From NCBI RefSeq assembly GCF_009914755.1, contig NC_060930.1: 64,000 nucleotides of DNA, one strand, 5' to 3'. The number at the start of each line of letters is the position of its first letter. Within the stretch, counting starts at the first letter, position 1. The notes under the pieces are model-generated. The model was not told the DNA's origin and searched no databases. It worked only from the letters and a program-made list of their open reading frames with translations. Origin of the DNA: the human T2T-CHM13v2.0 reference genome, Homo sapiens. Positions 45,171-58,429 of the stretch are shown here, one piece after another. Position numbers and translations under genes: made by a program.

Positions 45171-46559
45171 TATAACTAAACAAATAATTGGTTTATAAAA
45201 TTAAACTTTCACCTCATGTAAATTAAGTCAACTTGCTTTATTTGGGAGTACCCTATATAAGATACAAAATATTCTGACATGTGTCTCATTTTGAAATTTT
45301 ATTTATATCTTTCTTCATGTAAGTAGCTAATGTTGGCTAATTTAAGCCACTTCTATTCACAGCTGATCACATTTTTAACATCCAATGCACTGAAATATCA
45401 CAAATTTCTTTCAAGTGTTTCTTACTAAATATAATGCTGTCTTACCCCAAATAATGATTAAAAACTCTAAAATTAAATCTATTTGCACTATTTGTAGGTT
45501 ATCAAATTGCCCTGAAAGCTGTGCTAGCTTTCATTTGAAATACTTTTGCATATAAATTTAGCATTGGTTCACACTGGAGTATTTAAACTTTTATATAGCA
45601 TATATAGAATATAGTGGAAGATATTAGAGCTCATTACCTTCCTCTGAAACAATTCAAAAAAGACCTTCTCTCCCGACTTCCATTTCAGTTCATCGTGATT
45701 TCAGTACTCTAATCCAGAAATTGGAAACTCCTGTTTCAAGGCTTCATCTTCCTCAGACAATGTCTCCAACTATGTTGGCTTCCAGGAGGATGATAGACTA
45801 GATAGTTCATTATACCCTCATACTTTAGAACAAGTACTTCCTCCATACAGTACATTCTTTAGGGTATCAGTGGATTTCCCAAAAGTGAGCAAAACTCCTA
45901 TCCCTACCCACTTCAAAAGAAAAAAAAAGAAACAAAACAAAACAAAATCACACTAATCTGAATCATAGAAGAGATTGGAGACCAGATAGCAATGAACACT
46001 GGACAAAACAGAAGACTAGCACTGTCAAAATGTACAAGTAAAGGTAGCTGAACCTGAGAGACCTGCACTGATCTCGATTCCTGGAAAGAACCTCAGATTC
46101 AGAGAGCACCTGGCTACCAGATGAGATCAATTGCAAATCCTCTCTGAGGAAGGTATCTCTGTAACAGCCCCCAGGTTCCCAGTGATTATATTCAAGTAAA
46201 CATGGCGTCATCATCAAATATCACCAAACACACAATGAAATAACCCATCATTAGTGAGACTATGGGGAAACAATAAACAACAGATTCATGCACTAAGTAC
46301 TTCGGATATTTGAAATATCAGATAGGGAACATAATGTTTAAAAATATAATGAATAGAAATAAAAACAGAATCATAAAATGAGCAACCAAGAGAGTGTGAA
46401 AATTACTTTGAACAAAATAGAACTTGTAAAAGTGAAAAATTAATATTGTAATAAAAATCTGCCCTAGAAATGTATCTCACTGGTGTATCTTTCTTTCCAA
46501 TTCCATTTCTACCTTGTACAAGTTTCTCATTAATTTACCTGTATTTTAAGAAAAAGATA

Positions 46560-46990
46560 TGTAGTACTAGGATGTGCAACCCAGATCTGCTATTTCAAGA
46601 CTGCAGAATTAATTCCCCCAGCTGCCTGGGGTGTTGGTAGTCTGCAGGTCTCAGCTAGTCCCTCTCTGGGACTTGTACTTGACTAAAGAACAATGCCTCC
46701 GAAGGTCACATTCTTCTGGGAGCAGCTCACATCAAATAACCTGTGGCTGTCAGAATAAAAAGACCAACTGTCCTCACCCCAATTTGAGACATTTGGTAAC
46801 AGGGTCATCCCAGCTCAAGTTCCCAGAGGATTGACAGAGGTCTTTGTTGTGACTGCCTTACAGTTCAACTGCTATCCTTGCCCAAACCTGTTTTCTTCAT
46901 TCTCCCAACAGGTATTGATTCTGAGAGCACTTCCCAGTAAGTGACCTGCATGCTCTATCTCAGAATATGCTTCCTGGGGAGCCTACTTAT
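46560..46990 (+). mobile_element. LTR16-family (ERVL) solo LTR
   Basis: tgtagt...cccagatc...attcccccagctgcctggggtgttg...cctgcatgc...tgcttcctgggga. Confidence 0.7.
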
Positions 46991-47388
46991 GGTCTCAATT
47001 CACTCCTTCAATTAACTCTCTTCTAGCCTAATCTTTATAATTTGCTACCTTATAATCTTGTCTTAGACCCAACTAAAACTTTCAATAGTCTACATCATTA
47101 CAAAGAGCAAAAACACCACCTTTGTCTTGTATCACTATCTGGAGTGTGGTTATTTCTTTCCCACTCTGTACACCTATATTAGATCCCTTTCTTCAGACCT
47201 GTCATTCTGTTCTGTTCACATTCATTTCCAAGTCTGGTCTGGGCTCATGACCAGTTCTCTATCTGGAATTAATAAGCCTTCACCCCACCTCAAAACCTAC
47301 TTTTATATTATCTTCCCTTTAACATACAACCTAATTTCCATTTTCTTTAAAATGCATTTCTTAGCTAGAACTGCTCAAATGACTGATC

Positions 47389-47651
47389 CAGCGGCCTGCT
47401 AGAGTAATCCTGTATAGCTTTGCACAGCTGATTGCAGATTTTGGGGGATTTTTATAGATAGTCAACATCACATTAGCAGCTTGAAATTAGCCACAGTGGG
47501 AGTATTTATACCACCAAAATAAGCAAATACTACAAATAAAGACTAACCTACAAGATCGTGCCATTGCACTCCAGCCTGGGCGACATAGTGAGACTCCACC
47601 TAAAAAAAAAAAAAAAATAGCCACTTGTCAAATCTTTTCCTGCACACCACC
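47389..47651. mobile_element. MER63-like hAT element with an inserted Alu 3' tip
   Basis: cagcggcctgctagag...gcttgaaattagccacagtgggagtatttatacc...gcacaccac. Confidence 0.65.
47551..47617 (+). mobile_element. Severely 5'-truncated Alu (3' ~50 bp plus poly-A)
   Basis: caagatcgtgccattgcactccagcctgggcgacatagtgagactcc followed by poly-A. Confidence 0.9.
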
Positions 47652-49440
47652 AAATTTCTGCTTCCTGTTGCACATGCCTCTGCTGCTCATCTGGCAACAA
47701 ATTTCAACCTGAATGCTTTCTGATTTGCAGATTTGGTAGCCATGGCATCCCAAATAGACAGGATTATCTTTACGGCAGAGAGGATATTTTACACTGACTC
47801 ATAAAACTTCTTTCCCCAGGGCCTTTTCCACAGTAGGAATTCAATAATTGTTTTTATAAGAGTAATGAATCTTCAGATTCATCCTGCCCAGAGAATACTG
47901 GGGAAAAAAAACAAGCAAATGATGGGCATGAGTTTTATTTTTCTAAGAGTGTGTGTGTGTATTCCCTCTATACTTTAAATTATTTACCCCTGGCATTCTC
48001 CTATATTTTTATTTCAGTCACCATATCATGGATTTTTTTCATATTCAATACAAAAGCACTCTATAATTTTCAGCTTCTATGACTTTTTCTCAGTAGTTTA
48101 TTTTCTTTGCATATATATTTGCTCTTTACTTAATAATTTAGCCTTCCTTGAAAAAAACTTTTTCCAGAACTTATAACATGTATGACTCAAGGCCTTTTTC
48201 TCCCTGGATAATCATTCTTAATCAAAAGATGTCACTCATCACACTCCTGTTTCACCTTTTTGCCAATTGGGAATGGTTTTTTAATAAATTAATGATATTC
48301 TTTACTTACTGTTTAAAAGAATTAGTACAACAGCTGACTGCAGTTAATAGGATCTTCCAAGATAGCAATAGAAAATAAAGAGATTCATCTGCCTTTGTTT
48401 TTGCTGACACTCTGTACTGTGGCTGGTAGCAGCTGAGACAGGACAAGTCCTGCATATCACTTTAGATTGCTGAACCTTGTCAAGTAAGCTGCTCTTCTGC
48501 CTAAGGCTCCAAGGCTGTGTGCTGTCAGCACTTTTTCACCCTGCTGGGTCAGCATCACAATAGAAATCACATTCCCTATCTTACTTTTGGGACCAGTGGG
48601 CTGAGCCTTGCTAAGTGGAGAACGCTGTGTGACTTAGGAAACCAGGTTTGGCTTGTGAGCTGCAAACTACCTTGACATGGCCTCTTTCAATGGCAAAACA
48701 GTGCTACAGACACACTGTCCTGCCCCTCAAACAAGTTGCTTGGTTCTTGTCCTTCACTTTGTACACTTAATTTCCTAAATCAATGCATAAGTGCTATCTC
48801 CAGAAATTAGACGATGTGTAAGATGCACAGTGTGTATTACTGCATACATATTGTAAAGCTTCTAGCTCTGTTTTCATACAGACATGTTCATCAAATCCCT
48901 GATGTATAAAGACCTTGCTTTAAGAGATTTCACTGTTGTGCTTTTCTGGAGTAGTCGAGAAGCACTGGGTCATTTGTTATTTGAATATGGGCAAAAATGA
49001 TGTGCTAGAATGAGTGGTGCTATGTGTGTCAAAGTTATCACAGGTGTTGGAGGATCACTTAGCCCAGAAGTTCCTACCTCTCACTTACAGAGTGAAATAT
49101 AGAGCCATTTTTTTCCCTCCTAGTTGGAGTAAAGAAAGAGCTCAAATCTGGGTCAAAAAACTGGAACACTTGACATATTTGTTAAGTACTGTACCTATGT
49201 TTGCTGTGATGCTTTTATATCACCTTTGGCAAGTGATTTAGCTTCTTTGTTCCCCAAATCTTCCCTGTTGCAGAGTTAAGACGTTTTTTCTTAACTCTAC
49301 TTCTTAGAGTAAGTGTAGAAGGAGAAAGATGCCACTTAATAAACTTTTGGAGCTACAGATATAAGAAATATCTGAAAGAATGAGTTATCTGTCTCACCTT
49401 GAACTTTACTGGTCAAGACATTTACACAAAAATAATCCTT

Positions 49441-52400
49441 GGACTCCCAGTTTCAGTTCTGACATGTAAAGAGTTTGGAAGTCATCACTCCCATGGTTAC
49501 AAGAAGCAGCAGCTGGATAAACTAAAAATCAATTACTTTTCTTGGACTCATTAGAGAATTAAGACTGCAGAACAATTGCCACCCCCAAATCTGTAGAAAT
49601 GGGGACATCTACAGAGTCACATCTGAGATCTGTTACATGGAGCCAAAACCGCTGCAGCCATAAACTGGTCCAAACACTTAAATGGTAATTTTGGTCAATT
49701 GCTGGAGGCTGAACTCCTGGATGTCACAGTCTCAATGGAAACCTCTATACTTTTCATGGCTATTACCTTCAAGAATTCCAACAGGTTCTTATAGTAAAGA
49801 TCCAAAAAATCAACCTCATAACTCTAGCAGGAGGAATGAAAAAGTAATCATGATGAAACACACCCAGCATGTTCTCCATAACAAAGGCCTAGTCTCCAAG
49901 AGAAAAGAATTGACCAGAGATTTATCCCATATTAGGGAAAGGCATACCTCCTACTGCAGCCTTCTCTTTCTTGTCTCACCTAAAGGGAGAAAAACATACC
50001 CAACAGGGGTCAACGTTTCAAGAAAATAGATAGAGAATGCTGCAACCAATTAAGGGAATAAGGGACAGAGGGGGAAAAGTGATACCATTGGAGATTCAAC
50101 AGTAAAAGGTCACATCCCTGAGACACAGCCCCACTAAAATAGGGACATTTAGTCAAAAGATGATAGAATGTCTCCTCGCCACGCTGGCCACACCTTACCC
50201 CCACACCAACGAGGTTTGAGAATAATAACTGTGTATAGCTGAAAGATCTGCAAGACCCAGACTCTCTCTGAGCAGGAATATTTAGGGAAGCCCAAAGTCA
50301 AGAAGAGAGACAAAAACAAGGACACTAAAGAAATTTGAAGACTTTGGCACCTAAGCTTCAGTACATATTTAAAATAGCCCAACTCATAACAGATTAGCAT
50401 AAATCCTCACACTAAAGAACTACTTATAGCAGTTTTTATTCTTGATACAACACATTCAGCATTCAACAAAAAATTCCAAGGGATGCCAAAAAGCAGGAAA
50501 ATACACAGCCTGAAGAGACGAAGCAGTCATAACTCAGATATATAATGCAATATAATTATTAAACAGGGAACTTAAAATAACTGTGATTAATATGTTAATC
50601 TAATAAGAAACATAATAGAAAACATGTAAAAATAGATGGATAATATAAGCAGAGAGATGAAAACTCTCAGAAAAAAATAAAAATAAAGACAAGAAATCAA
50701 TATTACTGTAACAGAAATGAAAAAACAATGTCTTCAATGGACTCACTGGTAGATTCAACACAGGAAAGTCAGTCAACTTAAGGATCCATCAACAGAAACA
50801 TCTTTTACTGAAATGCAAAGAAAAAATAATAAAAAACAGAAGAAAACATCTAAAAACTCAGGTATAATTTCAAAAGGTGTAAGATATGCGTAATTGGAAT
50901 GCCAGATGAGAAAACAGAAAAAAGCAGAAGAAAGATTTGTGATGGTAATTGCCAAGAGATTTCTAAGGTTAATAAAAATATCAAATCACAAATACAGAAA
51001 ACTCAGAGAAAAACAAGTAGTATAAATATCAAAAAGAATTGCACATAGGGGTATAATCTTCAGCGTTCAGAAAACCAAACACAAAAAATCTTGGAAAATG
51101 TCAGAAGAGAAAAATATCTTACCTATAGAGGAACAAGAGTAGAAATTTTGGAGGACTTTTTTTTTTTTTTTTTTTTTTTTCAGAAACCATGCAAGTAAGA
51201 AGGGAGTGAACTATTTAAGTGTAAAAATAAGAGGAAAAAAACCCCACTGACCTAGAATGATATATCCAGATAAATTATTCATCAAAAATGAAGAAGAAAC
51301 AAAGAAACAATCAGACAAACAAAAACTGAGAATTTATTGCCAACAGACTTGTTCTGCCAGAAACGTTAAAGAAGTTCTTCAGGCAGAAACAAAATGATAT
51401 AAATGAGAAACATCTATCTACATAAGGAAAAGAAGAACACTGGAAAAGGAATTAAAGAGGTAAAAATTCTCTCATTTTTTATATTTTAATAAATTAAGAC
51501 AATTTAAAAAATAATAATAGTAACAATGTATTGGGTGATGACAACAATCTCATATAGATAGGAGAGAGGAATTTGGAATAATCTGTTATAAGACACCTAC
51601 ACTTAATTAAGTGGTATAATGTTATTTGAAGATGGACTTAGAATACTTAACAATGTATATTGTAAATTCTAGGGCAACTACTAAAAATAAAAAATAAAAA
51701 AGACTAATAGATATGTTAAGAAAGATAGAAAAAGCAATCACATAAAATTCTCAATTAAATCTGGAGGACAAAGAAAAAATGCAATGAATAGAAAAGTTAC
51801 AAATATGGTAAGTATTAATCCAACTATATCAGTAAATCACTTTAAATGTGAATGATCTAAGGAAACCAACTAAAGGGCAGACAGTGCCAGAGTGGTTAAC
51901 AGAAATACACCAAACATATGTTATTTACAAGAAACCCACACTATAGAGAGAGACAGTTAAGTTAAAAGTTAAGATATAGAGAAAGAAATGCCATACTGAC
52001 ACTAATCAAATAAAAGCTGGAGTAGCTATTTTAATTTCACATAAAGCAGACTTCAGAACAAGAAAAGTTATAAGGTGTAAAGAGGCACATTAAATAATGA
52101 TAAAGGAGTGAAGTCTCCAAGAAAACATAATAATCCTAAATGTGTATGCACCTAACAACAGAGCATCATAAATCTGAGGCAAAAACTGATAGAATCAAAA
52201 GGAAAAATAGACAAATACAGTATTATTTTGTAGAATTCAGCACCTGTCTTTTAGTAATTGATATATATAGCAGGCAGAAGATCACTACGGGTACAGTTGG
52301 CCTGAACAGTACTACCAATCAGTTTGATTTAACTGATATTTATATACTACTCCATCAACACCTGTAGAATACATATCTTCTCAAGCTCACATGGAGCTTT

Positions 52401-54785
52401 CATCAAGGTAGACCAGATTCTGGGCCACAGAACACACCTTAACAAATTTAAAGGAATAGAAATTATATAAAGCATGTTCATTCTCACTGAAATTAAACTA
52501 GAAATCAATAACAGATATGTAAATAGGCAATTCTCACATATCGGGAAATTAAACAACACACTTTCAAATAACCCAAGGGTAAAAGAAGAAATCTCCAGAA
52601 AAATTTAAAATATTTTGAATTAAATTAACATGAGAACACAACTTATCAAAATTAGTGGGATGCAAAAAAGGCAATGCTTAGATGGAAGTTTATAGCATTG
52701 AATACATATATTTAAAAAGGATGAAGATCTAAAATCAATAGTCACAAAGAGTGAAACAATGCATGCAATTTAAAAAAAAAATCATTTAGAAGGCAAGGGA
52801 ATTCCAGGATAGAATGTATAATGTATAAAACAATCTGACTCTATTACAAATGTTTGAAACAACTTCAATGAAAAGCAAATGGAGGAGAGTGCTGACTTAA
52901 GTAACTTTGGAAATGAGTGGGTTCTGTAAAACTAAAGACAAAAGAAAGTGTGCATAAGCACTGAACTCTAGATGATCAATTTATTTCCCATAGAAATTGG
53001 CAATTAACAGCTAAAAGTTCTGATACTGCTATACATCTATATTAAAATTGAACAACTAAGTAAATAGAAGGCAAATGGTTGGAGCCAGGTTTTTCACTGT
53101 TGGAGTGAGAATTTATAGATAAGCCAAAGGAGTAGGCTAGAAAAATCAATGTGCTAACCAATTAGAGTTTGAGATATCAGTATGAACTGATTTAGTTTAT
53201 GATAGCTTTTTTTTAGTTTATTACAGGCATAGATGATTACATATAAAAATATTTATAGATATGTGTATACAAATGTTAGTATATACATATATTTTCTTAC
53301 CCTGTGTGTTGAGAGGAACCAAGGCTACTCCAATAGAAACTAGCACACCAAATGCCCAGATATTTATTTCTGATACCATTCTCAAATAAAAGGAATTAGT
53401 GTTCCTTAGAGAAATAGCTGAATCCAGGACAGAGGCAGAAAATACATACAAGGAGCCCAGAGCATCTTGTTCTGTCAGAAGTAAGTACTCAAAAATAAAT
53501 AAATTAATTAACAAAGATGGGGGTATGTCAAAGTGACACAGAAACCAACTGAAGAAACTCCCAGTGGCTGAGCAACAAAATAGATAAAGTAGCATTAGAT
53601 AACACAAAATATAAAAGAAATATCCATATATCCATACAAATATAATACAGATTGACTAAGTTAATAAATGGAGGAGAGAATAAATCCATTTTTCTCATGC
53701 AGAAGGACTCCACATAATGTATGTAGATACTCTACTCCCAAAGAAGGGAGGTATATTACTCCCCCTACGTGTGAGCTGCACATAGTGGGTCCAGTATAAA
53801 ATGAGGCAGGAGACCTGAAAAGAGTGACCTCAGCCAGGTAATCAACTAAACGTCGTCGGTGATAAGTCATGTTGATATTATCTACCTTTGATATGATGTG
53901 ATAAAAATGGTACTTGACGTCTGTGGCATTTTCCCAAAAATGTGCAACACTAGTCGAGTTATAAGAACAACATCAGACAAATCCCAATTGAGAGACATTC
54001 TACGAAATACCTGACTAGAACTTCTCAAAAGTTTCAAGGGCATCTAAAAAAAGGAATATCCATCTGAGAAAATGTCTTCAAAGTGAAAAACTACCTTGGA
54101 CGAAGTTAAAACAGGCGGAAAGACTCTATTCAACTCTATTGCAATAAGAGAGAAAGATTAAACTTACCTCCATTGAAAGAAAAGTCTGTTGGGTTTTTAA
54201 GCACTGAATGAGCTAGTGGAAGAGTAATGGAAAACATTAGGGTGAGGTTAATGACTGGGATGAATTGTGCACATTGAGACATTTCTGAGTTTGCAAATGT
54301 TTTTCTCTGTTATTAAGCCATCTGTGTTTACTAATTGAAGCCCACTGAAACTAGGCTCCTACCCTTCCATGGAGACAGGCAGAAAGGGGTGCTATCTCCT
54401 CCCATGTTCATATTTCAAAGAGATGGTTCCCAGCTCCTTAAGAAAGACATCCCTGAGCTGTAAAACTGGCAAAAGGCTGGAAGAAGATTTATGCACATTT
54501 CAAAGGGACAGAGAAATAATCTACAATTGAAAGTTATCTGAAGTAAATTATTTAAGAAAATGGATATCAAGAAACTTGGGTAAAATCTACTGAATAAAGT
54601 ACAGATTTTAATTAATAATGATTTATCAAGATTGGCTCATTATTTATAACAATGTTAGTTATTAGACTAACATAAGCTGATAACAACAGAGGAAATCACT
54701 ATAGGGTTATGGGAACTCTTTCTACAGTCTTCATTATTATTCTGTAATTCTGAGACAATCTAAAATTAAAAATTTATTACAAAAT
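49441..54785 (+). mobile_element. Old L1 (L1MC/MD-like): 5'UTR, ORF1, ORF2 endonuclease, internal deletion, then 3'UTR
   Basis: ORF1-like (cttacctatagaggaacaag, cagacaaacaaaaactgag); EN-like (aaaagctggagtagctat, gtgtatgcacctaacaacagagc); jumps at about 52745 to 3'UTR-like sequence. Confidence 0.8.
54082..54575 (-). mobile_element. ERV1 LTR (MER31/MER67-group) inserted in the L1 3'UTR
   Basis: ccttggacgaagttaaaacagg...tattgcaata...gagctagtggaa...aaagagatggttcccag...aaaactggcaa. Confidence 0.7.
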
Positions 54786-56060
54786 AACAGCTCTTTCTTG
54801 TTCTGGGCCTCTGGACCTGATTTTCTTATTGTTTAAATAATACATTTGTTTTATGGCAATTATAACTACGGCAGCCACATAATACAACAATCTGGGTTTT
54901 TCTAAATGTGGCAGGCAGTCGTCATTATTGTTTTACAAGCAGGAGCTCTGAAAGGAAATCATTGCTCAGAGAAGGAAGACTATGTGAAGAATTGGTGAAG
55001 CCTTCTTTTCAGTGATCACTAAGAGATAAACCATCCTAAGAAGGGTGTCAGTCGATTTTTAGTTTGTTAAATATTGGGGTCAAGTATTGGCAAGCCAGAG
55101 TTTTATTGTCCATATGCTGCTTTACCATTCACCCTGACTTAAGGACAGAAATCCAGGGACCCATACCAAGGATACCACCCACGTTGATGCAAAAGCGATA
55201 CCAGCAGCTTCAGCTTTAGGAAAAGCAAAGATTGAGATTTAGGAAGCTCAAGTAAGACTGACTAAGGGCTACTAGAGAGATGCTATGTTATGTTGTTAGA
55301 TGGTTATGTTTCTAGTAGCCAGCCATGTTTATACTAGGAGAAAGCTAAGAAAAACAGGGCATGCAACTGATAATAATGTCTTTAATAGGTATTTGCATAA
55401 AATACCTAGCCTGGGCTAGGATAGTCTGGATTAGACTGGGCTGGGCCTCTGAGATTCTGATTTAGTAACCTACTAATCACGGGAAAAGGCCAACATAGAT
55501 GGGCCACATCAGCTAAATTTTTCAGAGCAGTTTTGTTTTGTTTTTCAAAGTAACAGCACATCTTACCTGTCAGAATTCCTATTCTAAGAAATGGTATACA
55601 CATAAACTAATATTTTTAAAGAGTTATTATGCTACCATCATCTCTCATGGGTACATTGCTGACAGCATAATGTGAAACTTTGATGCTCTTAATTGAAGGG
55701 GGTTTGGTTGATGGTAATTGCAAAGTGTTAGTGAGTTAAATTTTGTCAGTATGAAGACATTGTGATATATTTTCATATTATTACTGGAGTCTAAAAATTA
55801 ATAAGGGTATAATGCAATTTTTTAAAGAGATTGATCTTTTAGTGTTACCCCTACAGAATTCTGATACTACATGGTCATAATCTGATTACAGCACTTACAC
55901 CATTATATTTTGTGGGAGGGTTTTTCTTTGTTTTCTTTTGTTTACTTTTAATTTCTTGCCTCCTGCTCTGAATAGACTGACTTCAAGGATCAAGGCCACT
56001 GTTTCATTCACAAAATAACTGCTATACAAAATCAAAATATATTTGTAAATATATCTGTTG

Positions 56061-57338
56061 CAAGCAATGGGGAAATAATTGTCTATTTAATAAATGGTGC
56101 TGGGAGAACTGGCTAGCCATATGGGGAAAATTGAAGCTGAACCTCTTCCTTACATCTCATACAAAAATTAACTCTAGATGGATTAAAGACTTAAATGTAA
56201 AACCCAAAACTATAAAAACCCTAGAAGAAAGGCTAGGCAATACCATTGAGTAAACAGGCAAGGGTGAAAATTTTATGAAAGAAATGCCAAAATCAATAGC
56301 AACAAAAGCAAAACTTGACAAATGGGTTCTAGTTAAATTAAAGAGCTTCTGCACAGCAAAAGAAGCTATCATCAGAGTGAACAGACAACCTACAGAATGG
56401 GAGAAAATTTTTGCAATCCATCCATCTGACAAAGGTCTAATATCCAGAGTCTACAAAAAACTTAAACAAATTTACAAGAAAATAAAAACAAACAAACTCA
56501 TTAAAAAGTTGGGCAACGGACATAAAGAGTCACTTCTCAAAAGAAGACATTCATGCTGCCAACAAATATATGAAAAAAAGCTTAACATCACTGATCATTA
56601 GAGAAATGCAAATCAAAACCACAATGAGATACCATCTCACACAAATCAGAAGGGTCATTATTAAAAAGTCAAGAAACAACAGATGCTGGCGAGGTTGCAG
56701 AGAAAAAGAAACACTTTACTGCTGGTGGGAATGTAAGTTATTTCGACCCTTGTGGAAGACAGTGTGGTGATTCCTCAAAGACCTAGAAGCAGAAATACCA
56801 TTTGACCCAGCAATCCCATTACAGTATACATACCCAAAGGAATATAAATTATTGTATTATAAAGATACATTCATTGCAGCACTATTCACAATAGCAAAGA
56901 CATGGAATCAACCTAAATGCTCATCAAGATTGACTGGATAAAGAAAATGTGGTACATACACACTATGGAATACTATGCAGTCATAATAAGATACGAGATG
57001 ATGTCCTTTGCAAGGACACAGATGGAGCTGGAAGCCATTATCCTCAGTAAACTAATGCAGGAACAGAAAACGAAACACCACATGTTCTCACTTATAAGTG
57101 GAAGCTGAATGATGAGAACATGTGGACAGATGGTTGGGGGACAACACACACTGGGGCCTGTTGGGTGGGAATGGAGGAGGGAGAGCATCAGAAAGAATAG
57201 CTAATGGATGCTGGCTTAATACCTAGGTGATGGTTTGATCTTTGCAGCAAACCACCATGGCACGTGTTTACATATGTAACAAACCTGCACATCCTGCATA
57301 TGTGCCCCCGAACTTAAAATAAAAATTGAAGAAAAAAA
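56061..57338 (+). mobile_element. 5'-truncated L1PA (approx. PA12-13), ORF2 3' part plus 3'UTR
   Basis: ORFs 56275-57108 match the L1 ORF2 C-terminus ([24 protein letters not shown]); 3'UTR gagagcatcagaaagaatagctaatggatgc; poly-A then (TA)n. Confidence 0.95.
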
Positions 57339-57454
57339 TATATACATATATATATATAAAGGCCAACTCATAAAAATGGCGTTCCAACTAAAAATTGTTT
57401 GATATTTAATATTTCTTGAAATCTCTTTGACCTATTTCCTCTTTTTCTTATTCC

Positions 57455-57737
57455 TCAAGATCTTTCTTTTTCTACAAATATGATATCAAGTAAAATCAGA
57501 TCTCTCTTTTTCTATAAATATGATATCAAGTAGGATCTTGGTAGAAAGTGGTACTGTCTCCTCCCGTGTTTATATTTCAAAGGGATGGTTCCCAGCTCCT
57601 TGAGAAAGACATCCTTTAGCTGTAAAACTGGCAAAAGGCTGGAAGAAGATTTACACACATTTCAAAGGGACAGAGAAATAATTTGGATCCTTCTTTTTCA
57701 AGATCTTTCTTTTTCTACAAATATGGTACAAGTAAAA
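57455..57737 (+). repeat. Triplicated ~40-bp unit enclosing a 143-bp copy of 54378-54520
   Basis: Units at 57455-57495, 57496-57532 and 57698-57737; insert 57540-57682 aligns ungapped to 54378-54520 with 12 mismatches by hand count. Confidence 0.92.
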
Positions 57738-58280
57738 ACATAATCTATTAATTCTAAGAATTTTTAAAATTAATTTACATCCTCACCTCCATTTCATATT
57801 TCCCCAAATAAGTGAAGGTAATTATTTACTGTTCATTAAGCCCCCCTAGTATGCAAGCAAGTGATTGGCATTAATTGAAACCCACAATACCTCAATGAGA
57901 TCCATAAGCACTTTTCAGGGATCTTTCATCCACTGCTAAATGATATACCACTTTATTTTGTAAGGATGCATACTTCCTTAAAGAATAGCAGTCACCCAAC
58001 AAACAGTTTTGTAAGGATACTAGAAAAGTACAGCTCATTAAAATCTATTAAGATAGAATTAAATTACCATGGTATATGTCATATGTAAAATTTATACTTC
58101 CAGGAATATTTTTAAAGTATTTTGGAGATCCAAATGCCAAATGTTCACATTAAAGCTTCCATCTTTTTTGGAAATCATTATTTTTGTGGAATGTTATGAG
58201 ATTTTTTTGTCAGAAGGAAATTGGGAAAACATGAATTTGTATGACAGATTATAATGAGTGTGTTTTGCACCCCTGCTTAC

Positions 58281-58329
58281 CTTGTTCATTGAGTTTCTTC
58301 ACTTTTACCAAGTGCTCACTTGCCCAGCA
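58281..58329 (-). other. Candidate 49-bp exon of an unidentified minus-strand transcript
   Basis: Minus strand: gatttctctattag|TGCTGG...GAACAAG|gtaagc, with a strong donor and a plausible acceptor in non-repeat DNA. Confidence 0.3.
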
Positions 58330-58429
58330 CTAATAGAGAAATCACAGTGGAAAAACTAACATAGGGAGACTACAAATTCTTGACTGTTGAGTTCAAAATG
58401 CCGCAGTCCAGGCTTAAGATAGGAAGATG

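Noticed and set aside
56061-57338. Active L1
   Set aside because: 5'-truncated, with frameshifts and stops
57455-57737. CRISPR-like repeat-spacer arrangement
   Set aside because: Only three imperfect units with irregular spacing (0 and about 165 bp), in primate DNA with no cas genes; DNA-repair template switching explains it better
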